Assembly: GCA_964106915.2 (NCBI GenBank)
Contig: OZ066921.1
Reading direction: 5' to 3' (one strand)
Source: Podarcis gaigeae
Taxonomy: Eukaryota
DNA: 64,000 bases
Of this stretch, positions 36,391 to 48,633 are shown piece by piece. The stretch's first letter is position 1. The number at the start of each line of letters is the position of its first letter. A program made the translations under genes and the position numbers. The notes below the pieces were generated by a model. That model worked only from the letters and a program-made list of their open reading frames with translations, ran no database searches and had not been told where the DNA came from.

Positions 36391-36529
36391 CAGTGCTTTT
36401 TTTCTGGGGGGATACATGCCCCTAAACATTTTGTGAATCTAAGTTTGGCTTCATTGAGGGGCAGTATTTCAATATGAGTAGGAAAATGAGAGTACCCCTA
36501 ACCTTTTTTTTTTAAAGAAAAAAGCAGTG
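36391..36529. mobile_element. hAT-type MITE
   Basis: CAGTGCTTTTTT...AAAAAAGCAGTG ends. TSD gacataat/ggcataat. Confidence 0.8.
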
Positions 36530-36890
36530 GGCATAATGAGACGCTCTGGTTAGTTCAGAATGGAAAGTGGATGCTTTTGATCTCCTCCTTACAGTCGTGC
36601 CTTGCTGCATCTCTGTGCTTTTTAAAATGAATACATACTTCTCAATGTGTTCTACTCTCTCATGCTTTCCCCTTCTTTTTGAAGTGACAATGTCATATCC
36701 TTTTTGTACAACAAAATGGCTGTTGCAAGGAGGAAATGAAGGGCTGGCCTGCATGCAAAGTTCAACCATGAGTTACCATCACATCCAAACAGAGCCAATA
36801 CTTCTTCCACAAGCATCTGGGTATATGAATGGAAAATGTAACATGTGAAATGGCCTTGTCTTTTAATTTTTAATTCTCTCTCTCTTACAG

Positions 36891-36992
36891 TTATTAAGAA
36901 ACTGGCAGTTTCTGCTGGAGACAGTGTTGAAGTAACACTGCCAAAGAATGAAGTGGAGCTGAATGCATACGTCTTGCCTCCACCACCTAAAG
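36891..36992 (+). CDS. KIAA0319L: KIAA0319L exon 5 (PKD1 start: VIKKLAVSAGDSVEVTLPKNEVELNAYV), 102 nt
   Basis: cttacag| acceptor and AAG|gtagaa donor. Homologous to AAVR PKD1. Confidence 0.95.
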
Positions 36993-37888
36993 GTAGAACC
37001 CAGGGGGCTATGGCACATAGTATGTGGTAGCAAACCTGAGTTTGCCACCTTGTTAGTTTTGCTGGAAGAGATGCATGCTCTTTTAATGACAGCTCAAGAT
37101 AGGTGATGAAGCTGGAAACGCTCAGTCAAACCTGCTTGGTAATCAACAGGTAAAGCCTGGTAATCAATAGGTAAAGCCTGCATGGCAGGAAGAAGTTCAT
37201 CTGGGCTAATTCCAAGATACACTGGCCAGTTCTGAGCCAGTTGTGTGTACACAGCCTCCACACACTGAATTCCTCTTTGAACAGCTTTTGATATATCCTG
37301 AGAGTGCAAATATTTACAAGAGTCCAGGGGAGGCTCATGGTTGCTTAGATGGGCATAGAAATGACTCGGCTGTATATATTTTGGGTGCCAACTGTTACCA
37401 TTTTGTGAGATGGGTTAAAGCACATGCCAAATTAAGTTTTCACAGTTAAGGTGGAATAAGTGCTCTGTTGCCCTGGCATAACAAATCCACTTTTAAAAAT
37501 AGTTTTGCAGTTAAGTAAGTGCAAAATATACTGAAAAATGTGGGATGAATGAATTATTAAATGGGAAGATGTGTAAACTCCCCAAAAGCAAATCAGAATG
37601 AATACAGGATGAATGGTCATTTTCATATAACTATCCTGTAAACAAATCAGAGTACATGCTCAACAGTCATAGTCTAACTACCATGTTATCTTTGTAGAAG
37701 TAAATCAGGAGTAAAGCTACATAAACAGGTCATCTGGAAGAGCTCTGTAAATACTGTTATATATATTTGGTGCTAATTTCATTTTATTTATAAATAAATT
37801 TCCTTGCAAATAGAAATATAGATGGTCAGTTGGAATAAGCAAAAATTTCCAGCCCGCTAAATAAGCATGTTATGTTGGTGGAAGTGTG

Positions 37889-38097
37889 CAGTGGTGAAGC
37901 TGCATGCTCTGCTACCGGGGGTGGAGAGCAGTCGGGGGCGTGGTGCGCATCCTGGGGGCGTGGCACACATTCTGGGGGCATGGCACTTGACACGCTCGGG
38001 GGGGGTGGTGCAGCGCGTGTCCGGGGGGGCGCCACAATGGCACCCTACCAGAATAGTGGTGCCGGGGGTGGTCCGCACCCCTGTTCCTCTGCCAGTG
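37889..38097. mobile_element. G-rich hAT (Tip100-like) MITE with perfect 8-bp TSD
   Basis: CAGTGGTGAAG...GCCAGTG ends. TSD gaagtgtg at 37881-37888 and 38098-38105. Confidence 0.85.
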
Positions 38098-38554
38098 GAA
38101 GTGTGCATTTTATTTTGCAGTATTTGATACATGGCTTACACTTCAAGGTTTTTTGGGATGGGATGTTTTAAGTGTATAGTCTCCCTTCTTTAATTTTCGT
38201 GCAGTTAATTAGATTTCATATAGCAGGATATTCTTATATTTTACTTTCCCACTCTGCAGTGATGGGAATGGACATTCTTTCCCAAGATTTAGTATGACAT
38301 ATTCTGGCCATAATCAGTATGAAAAGATTTCATTTTTTGTTTTTCAAATCTCAGCTTATATGAGTATTCCTTTCTATTGCATCAGTTTCACTCCCAATAT
38401 GTGGTGGACCACCACATGTGGATATAACACAATTTAGTATTCTGAAGTGACATTAGTTTTAATCTAGGCTTAAGCTTCTGAGCTGCTTTGATCTTCTCAT
38501 TTAGTTTCTTTTGATAGTGGGCTCTTCTAACCTCTGGTTTGTTTGTTTGTTTAG

Positions 38555-38652
38555 GGACTAGTTACTCCTATGACTGGAGGCTGATCACACACCCCACTGA
38601 CTATAGTGGAGAGATGGAAGGACAGCACTCACAGATTCTCAAGTTATCCAAG
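38555..38652 (+). CDS. KIAA0319L: KIAA0319L exon 6 (TSYSYDWRLITHPTDYSGEMEGQHSQILKLSK), 98 nt
   Basis: gtttag| acceptor and AAG|gtgaat donor. PKD1 homology. Confidence 0.95.
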
Positions 38653-39097
38653 GTGAATCTCTTGCTTTTTGGCAACTCTTAAATCTAAAATTTCAGTTGT
38701 AGGCTTTTGCACTGTCGTGCTGCAAGGTTAGGGGAAGCAAATGTTACAGTGTGTAACATATATATGTATTGAAGCTGCTTTATGCTGTCAGACCATTGGT
38801 CCATCTAACTACATATTGTTGCGTTGCTGAGTCCACAGTAGACAAAAAAAAAAAAAATATCCCCACTTCCACCTGAGCACAAGGCCCAGGTAATACAGGA
38901 TGTTAGGGTCCAAATAGAGAAGGGATTTATTCTCTTCTGAGCAGATGGCATCAATGGCTCATATCTCTCATAATTCAGTATATGTCAGTTGCTTGATGTG
39001 AGGTACTAACATCATTGTGGTGGTCTAATTTAGGGGTGGGAACAGGTAGACACAGCCTTGCCCATGTCTAATATGCCCTGTTCATTTTCTTTGCTAG

Positions 39098-39185
39098 CTC
39101 ACAGTTGGCCTATACGAATTCAATGTGATAGTAGATGGTGATAATGCTCATGGAGAAGGAATGGTGAATGTGACAGTTAAACCAG
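39098..39185 (+). CDS. KIAA0319L: KIAA0319L exon 7 (LTVGLYEFNVIVDGDNAHGEGMVNVTVKP), 88 nt
   Basis: ttgctag| acceptor and CAG|gtatgc donor. Confidence 0.95.
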
Positions 39186-41110
39186 GTATGCTTAGCAGAT
39201 ACATTTACAGCTTGTAGGTTATATATTTCCTTTTTAAAAAAGCAATTTCCACAAAAGCTTGAGATGGTAGACAGCTGGGGGGAGACTGCAAGTTCTCCAG
39301 GGAGAAATTTTGGCTAAATTTGCCGTGGGAGGGAGGTGTTGGGTGAAACAGAATGTGAAAAAACATTCACTAACTTTTGCCTTGTTTTATGGTGGGTGGC
39401 AGCATCAGGAGTGCTCATCTTAGTGGCTGTCATTTTCTTTCCTGCTTGGCATAGCTTTGTGATTAGGCACACCTAACTAATTCACACTTCCCAAAACAAA
39501 TTGTGATCCAAAATGGGGCCAAATTGTGAGCCAGAATTTGCTCCAAATTTGGTTGCTATTACCAAGGCTGGTCATAGCTAATATTTTTTGGAAGGTCATA
39601 GGATAGAAGCATTGCTCATTTGCTCTTATGTACCCATTTGGTCCTGTCCCCTCCACCCACAGTACTGTTATCTCTGGCTATACAAGTTTTTCTTCTATTT
39701 CAGTGCACTTAAGACTGCAAAACCAGGGAACTGAGAGAGCAGGATATTTGTGCACAGGAGTCCACAAATGTTTGACTCAGTGGAGGCTAGTCCATTAGGG
39801 CAAGTGTGGCACTGTCCCACCAACCTCTGCCTGGTTCAGTCCGGGGCCACCATGTCTGCTTCTTATGTACAACCAGTCCTAGTGGCAGCAGTGGCAGTCA
39901 GCTTCCTTCTCCTTAGTCTCAATGTTTATTTTCATTTTATTTACTTATTGTGTTTATTTGTTTCTTTTTCAAAAAATGAAACAAAGCACTCAGAGCGATG
40001 CAAAAGGGTAAAACAGCCTAAAATACACCAGTATCTCTCTCTTTTTCTCTCTCTCTCTCTCTCACACACAAATCCAACTTCACCCCACTGAGATATAAGC
40101 AGAAAGTTAATATCTAAGGGCCAGGGTGAATAAAAATGCTTTTGCCTGGTGCCTAAAATAGCTAGAGGTGGTGCCAGGAGTGGGTGGTTGTTCCTACCCG
40201 TTAAAGGATGTTGAATGGCTTATAGTCCAAATTCACATCTTCCTATCCTTCACCTAGGAAACGTTGGGTACAACAGGTGTGTGGGTGTGTATTGTCAGCA
40301 AATCTAGAAACTTGGTGTTTGTCACTTGGCCATTTCCCCATTAATGCCAGGGTTGCCTCTCTGCCTGCCAGTTTGCAATTTCCACCAGACAATGAAGTCG
40401 CTGCTCACCAGTGCCTCTGCTATCAGTGCTTACCTGATATGACCGAATTCAGTCTGGGTGCTTTCCCCTCCCAACAGATGAACAGTGCCATGATAGTATA
40501 GCCCAAGCCAGATGCTGCAAACATAGCAGGAGGCCTTGATCATTAAGAACCATTGATCTAGCACACTAGTCTTCAGTTGGTGGGTCGGGACTCATTAGTG
40601 GGTTGTGGCCTGATCCAAGGTGGGTCACAACAGGAGCACTACCACCATGCAAATGAAAGATTAAAAAATGGGTCTTCCAATGCATGTTTGAGTTAAAAGC
40701 AGGTCCTGTGTCTGAAATGGTTTGAGATATTTGATCTAGTAGAATAGTAGATGATCCTTGGAAGGATTAGCAGCCAGGTGCTGCTGCTCCCCTCCCCTCC
40801 CAGGGAGTGGTAGAAATACCTTTACCAACACTGTTTCCTTCAGAATGTCACAATGGCATATAAACAAAGATGAGAATGGCCATCCAAGTAAAAGAGCCTG
40901 TATTTCACCAGCTATAGATCTCTTGGATCCTCTTTGACTATGAAAAGGGAGTAAGTAGGCCTAATGGCTTCTAATAGCCAGTGATTGACTTCTAGAATGG
41001 AAAGTACCAAGATTCAGGTCTCTGCTGACTAAGATACCCCTTTTCTCCCTCATTCCTGTTGTGTGAGAGCTGGTTTTGATTCCTCAGTGGCAAGAAAGGC
41101 AAACTATGTA

Positions 41111-41336
41111 CAGTGGTACCTCTGGATGCGAACGGGATCCGTTCCAGAGCCCTGTTCACATCCTAAAGCGAATGCAACCCACATTTGCGGGTCGCAATTT
41201 GCTGCTTCTGCGCATGCGCGTGACATCATTTTGAGTGGCGAAACCCGGAAGTAACACGTTTTGTTACTTCTGGGTTGCTGCGGAGCGCAACCTGAAAATG
41301 CTTAACCTGAAGCAACTTTAACCTGAGGTATGACTG
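41111..41336. mobile_element. Tc1/mariner (Tigger-like) MITE, intron 7 copy
   Basis: TA|CAGTGGTACCTC...GAGGTATGACTG|TA. Confidence 0.9.
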
Positions 41337-41968
41337 TATTACTATTCTTGGCATAGTTATTCCTCCAAATACCACTAGGTGCTGCTAGCAGGGCTTAATA
41401 TGTTCCAAGGTTCCTCAGAGCTCTGTACTGTAGCAATGGAAGGTAGTGACTTCTATTGATCGTGTGGAAAGTGCCACTTCCTGTAAGCACTCAAAGCGCT
41501 TCACCAGCTATATATCTGTGATCCTTACAATAATCCTGTAAAATAAGTTAGCAATTTCCATATTGCAAACAGTTTGCAATTTCCATATTGCAAACAGGAA
41601 GGTTGAGGCTCAGTGAGCTCGCTTGCCTAAAGTCACCTTTAGTCTTAACCGTTTTAACCACAAGTTCAATAATATATTAATATGTACAATTTAATATGTA
41701 CAATTTATGTAGTTTGCGAGTGTTCAAAGTGCTTCTTGTTTATTGTTTTATAATCCTTATCCCATGTTGCAAATTGAAAAGACGTGGAGTAGTTGCTGAG
41801 GTTGGGAGAGACCATCTTTCCTTAAGGCCATTTAGTGAGTTCATGGCAGAGGTGAGGTTTGAGCCCTGGACTTCCTGATTCACAGCTCCATCTCTTAGCT
41901 ATAATGCTGCAGTTTACTAGGATGGGAACTTTCTATGGTGGCTGTAATAGTTCTGTTTTTCATCGCAG

Positions 41969-42061
41969 AGCCTCGAGTGAATCAGCCCCCTGTGGCCATT
42001 GTGTTACCCCAGTTCCTGGAGATCTCACTACCAACTACCTCAACAGTCATTGATGGCAGCC
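41969..42061 (+). CDS. KIAA0319L: KIAA0319L exon 8 (PKD2 start: EPRVNQPPVAIVLPQFLEISLPTTSTVIDGS), 93 nt
   Basis: catcgcag| acceptor and GCC|gtaagt donor. Confidence 0.95.
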
Positions 42062-42383
42062 GTAAGTACCTACTAAAACTAGTGCAATCTATTCCTGCAA
42101 ACCTCAGATAAAAGTCATGGAGGAGACCGAGTGAGACTGTCTATTAAGGAACGGGATTCTAGCGGAATGTCGCTGATGTATCATTAGGATCAGTTCAAAT
42201 CATGCACTGACTGTTGATCAATTTGTGGGCACATGTAGATTTGTAGCTACTGGTCTTCACTGCCAAATGCATTAGTTAAACTAGGGCAGCCCCAACTCAG
42301 TACAAGGAAAACATCTGCTCACTGGACTTGTTTAAACATATAAAGCTGCTCCACACAGAATCAGCCTTCTGGTCCCTTTAGCT

Positions 42384-42709
42384 CAGGGCTGGGGTATGTT
42401 TTTCAGCTCAAGATCTGCATTCCCTTCTGATAACCTTCTGGGGGGCCACATGCCAGGGTGGGCAGAGCTAGAGGCAAAAATAAGCAGAGCAATAGATGTG
42501 TGTTTTTCCTTTGTACAGTTGGCTAGCCCCCCCCCCCCCCCAGGCCAGCAAGAAGCAGTTTTAGAGTTCAGTGACACATTCTAGCAGAGCAAACTCAAGG
42601 AGAGTGCAAAGCCGCTCTAGTGAGGGGGTGGCAGAGGAGGGGGCCAGACAGAGAGGCTTGGAAGGCCACATTTGCCCCCCCCCCCCCAGCGTGAGGTTTC
42701 CCATCCCTA
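42384..42709. mobile_element. hAT-type MITE
   Basis: CAGGGCTGGGG...CCCATCCCTA ends. TSD ctttagct/ctttggct. Confidence 0.75.
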
Positions 42710-43082
42710 CTTTGGCTTATTATTGTATTACTGATAGTGGCTCCCCAGAATCTCAGCCCTTCTACCTGAGACGTTTTTTGTTGAAGTGATGTGGGATAGA
42801 CTCTGGGACCTTTACATTAATGGTGCATGGATTCTACCAGTGTGTTCATTCCTAGTTTCATTCAGCAATCCCATTTCTGGGGACTATCATTCATATTTTA
42901 AATACTCTTTCTTTTATCACATGGCACATTAAGCATAGCTTGACAGTTTAAAAATAAAATTAACTCTTGTCCCTTGTGAAAGTTGCTATACTGGTAGTAT
43001 GGCCTTAAGCTACTTTGTAAATAGATTTTAATTCCTCCTGAACTTACTGGGAATGTGGCTTTATCTGTCTTCATTGAATCAG

Positions 43083-43215
43083 ATAGTACTGATGATGACA
43101 AAATAGTCAGTTACCACTGGGAAGAACTGAAGGGGCCTCTACGGGAGGAGAAGGTATCGGCAGACACTGCGATTCTGAAACTGACCAATCTGGTGCCAGG
43201 AAATTACACGTTCAG
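43083..43215 (+). CDS. KIAA0319L: KIAA0319L exon 9 (HSTDDDKIVSYHWEELKGPLREEKVSADTAILKLTNLVPGNYTF), 133 nt
   Basis: gaatcag| acceptor and CAG|gtaaga donor. PKD2 homology. Confidence 0.95.
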
Positions 43216-46200
43216 GTAAGACAAAGAACCTGGGGTCATACCTTTGGTTTGGATTTTCTAGATCTAAAGCATAAGATAGATGACACAAACCAATTAATGA
43301 AATCAGCCCTTGGTATGTTAAACAGCTAGATAATCCTTTGTTCACGTGAGCCAAAGAAAACAGTGTATCAGCTAACAATTTACAAAACAAACCAGCAACA
43401 ACTTTTTGCTACCTAGTCACATTTTATAGTTTCCCTGACCGTGGAGGTTGAGGTTATTGCTATATTCATAAAATTGTAATCTCCCAATTTAAACTGTTAT
43501 GTGTGACTAGATAGCTAATGTGAAGGGGGGGGGAGAGAATAGTGGAAGGAATGCATGTGCCATAGAGCAGAGCTTATTTTGCCCCCAGCTCTAAACCATT
43601 TTTTTCACCCTCATTATAAAAATAGGATTTGGCATATAACTATTGAATATGTCACTGTGATTTTTAGTCGGGGATAAAAGGTTCAGGAATAAATTGATTA
43701 TTCTAAGGCCCATCTGAAAATGAATATATTGGGTAAGGATATCTTTAGATGAGTTTCCTTTATAAAAGGTTCAAGGTAGCTCAAGAAGAGTTCTCCTGTA
43801 ATAATTCAATTTTCTTTTGGTTTAGTGTAGCCGACCTCAGCTTTATTGTTATGGAATGAGGGTGATTCTGTGTGTGTCTGCCATTTGCTTCATAGTTGAA
43901 ATATTCAGTAGGTTGAAAATTGAAATTGTATTTGCTAAGCCTAGCAAAAAAAAAATCTGTTTTAGTATCCTCCATGGGTAAACTGTGTGTCTCAGCTTTG
44001 TGTTCTCTCCCTGGGAATTGGGGATCCAGTAAAGTGCTTCAGTTGGTCCTCCCCAATCCCGCTGCTGCCACACTAGCCAGAACTAAGCTGTGGTTTGGCA
44101 TAGTGTTATGTGTGAATCTGAGCTTGTGTTTTGCCTTCTCTAAACAAATCACAAGTGGTCAGCCTTGGTTACTGCTTGTGTTTTGGTTGGGAGAAAGACA
44201 AACCAAGAGCTCAGGTGTGCATGTAATGCTCATCCAAACCATGGCTTAGCCCTGGGTTGTGCAGCAGCAGGAAGACCGGAGAAGGGAAAAGCAGCTGCGA
44301 GTTTCCTTCTGGGTATCCACACACCTGCTTGTTCTTGCTAAGCCAGTGTGGCTTAGCATTATGTGTGAACTGGGTTCTTTCCACCTCTAAAGGCCTGTTT
44401 CCTCATTGCTTTACCAATGATTTTAAATAAATAATGACTTGCACAGCCCCATTACAAGCCTGTTTTTAGAAGGGGAAGAAGTTGAGAGTGTGCTGTACAG
44501 CAAATGATCCAAATTCTGGTTGGAAAGATTTTTGTGCTTTTACTTGCGAAGTCTGCACATGCATTCGACTATCTCAGTTGCTAAGCTCTCTGTCTCTCTC
44601 TTAATCCTTAGGAAGAGAGTTTTGTTAATGCATTTTGAGAGTCTTTTAAACAGATATTTTGGCTTCAACAGTGAATACCAGCTTTTAAATTGTTTTAATT
44701 GCAAGCAGGACTGTGGGTAGCCTCATTCTATTATTTTTTATGTTTTTCCAGCTTGCAGGTCTTGTATGGGTGACATTTGATGAGAGCAATTACAGAACCC
44801 ACTAGCATATAATATGAAATTGTCTGAACTGTAAATTATGTGTTTCCTTCCTGTCCACACACCCCCAGCAAATTATGACAGGCTATTCATGCATATTGAC
44901 CTTATCAGCAGTAATGAGGCCAGGAGAGATACACATATGAAATCATCAGACGGTTGGTCCATCTAGCGCTGCACTGCATACTTTTATCCTTTTAACTGCA
45001 GAGCTTGATGCTCATCCTGATTGGGACCCACTAGACACAAAGCATGGGCTCTGCTACTAGCCTATGGCCCTTCCTTATAAAGAGAGCTTCTGGATGAGGG
45101 GCTTTAGTGTTACCATTGCTGCTTCAGTTCCAAGCCTTTTCCTTGCCATGTGGCTCCAACCTCCCCTTTCCCCCATCTGTAAATGAAAATAAATGACAGA
45201 GGGACTCTTTGGAAATGTTCATCACAAAGTTGGCTAATTAACAGTGCTTTCCCAAAGAGAATTTAATACTTTACTGTAGGGCCACTTCTCATACAGTATG
45301 TTAGAGGTAAACAAAAGGAAGTATAGAGAAAACAACTTGGCCTGTGTAACTCATTGCACAGGATGTTGTGATGATATCCATTAGCATGCATACATGGTTT
45401 TTTTAAAAAAGGATTCAGTTGATTTATTAATTAGGAGCTACTAAATGTGAGTGGCAGAAGACTGACATGACTTTTCAGAGGCAGAATACTTCCCACAGTC
45501 AGACTTCAGCAATAATGGGATAGATACAGTAATTCTTTGTTTTTGTGAACTTGCCTAAAGCACACTAGGCAGACAAAATGCAATTTATTGGTCTGAGCCA
45601 GTTCTCTTATTTGATTAGCCATTGCCTAAGAGAGAGCTGGTTACACTCATCACTTGATCCCTGGCACATGTGAATGGGTTGCCTCAGATATAAACCACAT
45701 ATAACTTTCAGTTCACCTGCATTTCAATGGAATGGATTCATAATTTCAGCCACTAGTTATCCTGTGTATAGAAATTTTATTATGTCATGTGTGATTTTGC
45801 CTGAATAATTCATCCATGTGAAAACAGGCTCTTCAGAAAAGCCAAAAAATGATATGTGTAATCATTTTTTTTAAAATCCAGTATTTTTTTTTAAAGTACA
45901 TTATTCTTACATGTGTAAAACCAGTGCTCTGTCAAAAATAGGTTACTATTGATGAATGAATTCTCAACTCGGCAAGAGTGAGAGAACAAGATTTTTAAAA
46001 ATAGACTTTTTGGGTCTGTTTGACACAGCTTTGAGTTTATTTATTAAAGGTGATTTTTATACTACTTTATAAAATAATATTTTAAGGTATATGGCAAAAT
46101 AAAATACACAAACATTACAAAAATCTACAATAAAACCATTATTATTTGTGAATATACTTTGAGTCTGTAAATGTGTATCTGGCATTTTGATTTCTTTATT

Positions 46201-46459
46201 TTCTTGTTATAAATACGGACATGTTTGAATATAGCTTTAGCTGCATGTTGTACATTTGTTTAAAATAGCATCACATTTTCATATTTGCATGCTTCCCTCC
46301 TACTTGTTCAGGCATCCGTCTTTGCCCCCCCCCCCCCAGTTTATACATATTCAGCTTAAACCATTAATTTTCTTCCCTTTCATTTGGGGCCGGTGGCTCC
46401 CTTTGAGCTTTTCCCTTTCTGTCCTGATCTTTGAATTCTCTTCCTTCCTCCCTCTTCAG

Positions 46460-46688
46460 CCTCACCGTGGTGGACTCGGATGGTGCCAGCAACTCCACCA
46501 CTGCCAGCCTGACTGTGAACAAAGCAGTGGATTACCCACCCGTAGCGAACGCAGGCCCTAACCAAGTTATCACTCTGCCCCAAAACTCCATCACCCTCTA
46601 TGGGAACCAGAGCACAGATGACCACGGCATTGTCAGCTATGAATGGTCCCTCAGCCCCAGCAGCAAAGGGAAAGTGGTAGAGATGCAG
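46460..46688 (+). CDS. KIAA0319L: KIAA0319L exon 10 (end of PKD2, start of PKD3), 229 nt
   Basis: LTVVDSDGASNSTTASLTVNKAVDYPPVANAGPNQ...VVEMQ, with canonical splice sites. Confidence 0.97.
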
Positions 46689-47324
46689 GTAAGATTTTGG
46701 GGCTGCATCTTGAGAGGAGTCAACACACTTCAATAAACATTTCCTATTATGTTTAAGTTCATGTAAATCAATTTGTTCAATCACTGTAAACACCTCTGAC
46801 CCAACAATTACTTATCTAATCAACATTTAAAAAATATAGTGTGTGTGTTCAAACATTGTACACCTAGTAATTTTGTGAGGGCATGTCCCTTCTGTCATGT
46901 CTGGCGGCTAATTTTGTTTCTGAGCTTAATTTACTGTATGCACTTTGGGTACATGCTCTTTCTATGTGTTCTTATTAAGTTCTGTTGGATTTCTAGTATT
47001 ATCCTTCCAGCCCACAGCAGTCAGCCTGATGTTTATTGAAAAGCCCACACACAGGACATCAGGGCAGTAGCACTCTCCCACCTGTGTCTCCCAGTATCTG
47101 ATATTCAGGAGCATGCTGCCTTTGATCCTGGAGGTGTTACATAGACATCATGACTAGTAGTTCTTAGCATTCTTCTGGTCAGTTTGTCTAATCCCCCTTT
47201 TCCAACCTGGCAGCCACAACTTGTGGCAGCGATTTCCCTATCTTCTGTGTAAAAATAAATAAATGCATTTATATAAAGTTGCTTATATCACATACTTCAA
47301 AGTCGCTTACAGTAAAACAATATT

Positions 47325-47620
47325 CCTGATTCCTGCATTGCAGGAGGTTTGACTAGTTGTCCCTCGGGGTCCCTTCCAACTCTTCAATTCTATGAAGAAG
47401 AGTCAGTTTGGTGTAGTGGTTTGCATGTTGGACTAAGACCTGGGAGACTAGGGTTCAAATCCCCATTTGTCCAGTGTCACCTTGGGCCCGTCACTGTCTC
47501 TCAGCCTAGCCTACCTCACAGGGTTGTTGTGGGGATTAAACGAGGGCAGAAGGAACCACATACACCACCTGCAGCTCCCTGGAGAAGAAGGCAGAGGAGA
47601 ATTGTAATAAATAAATAAAC
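47325..47620 (+). mobile_element. CR1 3' fragment followed by a tRNA-derived SINE with (TAAA)n tail
   Basis: ggtcccttccaactc..attctatga tail, then A/B-box-like tggtgtagtggtt / ggttcaaatcc and an aaataaataaa tail. Confidence 0.7.
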
Positions 47621-48000
47621 AAAGTGGGCACAAGTGTGATTAAAAGTTGTAACTGCTTTTCTAAACCCAAGCAATGAAGAAGTCCTGGCCTGGAGTTCCA
47701 GAGGCAAGAGGCTGCCGCAGAAAAGGCTGTTTTGCATATTGGCACCTTAATAGCTGAGGGGACAGTGAAGAGCTCAATTCTTAGATAGGATTGTATGGTG
47801 GATAGTAGTCCTTCATTAGATGATTCTGGGCTCCAGTATTACAAAAAAGGGAGGAAAAACTCCCTGTTCCAGGCATAGTAGCCAGCATGATGCCTTCCAG
47901 ATGTTGGTAGGCTACAATTCTCACTGGCCATGCTGACTAGGACTCATGGGAGTTGTAGTTCAGCATCATCTGAACTACAGATGGCTATCTATGCACCTTA

Positions 48001-48240
48001 CAGTCATACCTCAGGTTAAAGTTGCTTCAGGTTGAGCATTTTCAGGTTGCGCTCTGTGGCGACCCGGAAGTAATGGAACGCAGTACTTCTGGGTTTCGCT
48101 GCTTGTGCATGCGCAGACACTCAAAATGAGGTCATGCGCAGAAGCGGCAAATTGCGGCACGCGCAGATGCGGGTTGCATTCACTTCAAGATGCGAACAGG
48201 GCTCCAGAACGGATCCCATTCGCATCTAGAGGTACCACTG
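48001..48240. mobile_element. Tc1/mariner (Tigger-like) MITE, intron 10 copy, inverted relative to 41111-41336
   Basis: TA|CAGTCATACCTC...GAGGTACCACTG|TA. Its reverse complement aligns end to end with 41111-41336. Confidence 0.9.
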
Positions 48241-48633
48241 TATTGACTTTATCCTGGTTCTGCATGACCTACACATCTCTTTCTTGTCCTATCTTTTGTT
48301 TTTTCAAAACCAAAAGAACCCCAAGCATCTCAAGGTGGATAAATTACTGGATGGTTCCAAGGCATAATTGGAGGGCACATATTGCAGCAACCTTGTGGAA
48401 GCCAACCACATCTGGGGCTGGTCATTAGCTAGATAGGAGACCACAAGCACATGCCCCATGTATCCTCTAAATAATTTTATTTATTTCACAAAATGTATAA
48501 ACCACTTGTTTAAAAAACTCCACCTGAAACTGGTTTATATAACTTTGCAATGAGTGGTGCATTTCTTAAGCCTCCTTTTACTTTCTTTCTTTGTGAATGG
48601 GGACTTAAATTCTTGGTATTTGTCGTTTCCAAG

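Noticed and set aside
47400-47470. tRNA-like A/B boxes
   Set aside because: No complete cloverleaf; it continues into a SINE body with a (TAAA)n tail, so it is a SINE head rather than a tRNA gene.
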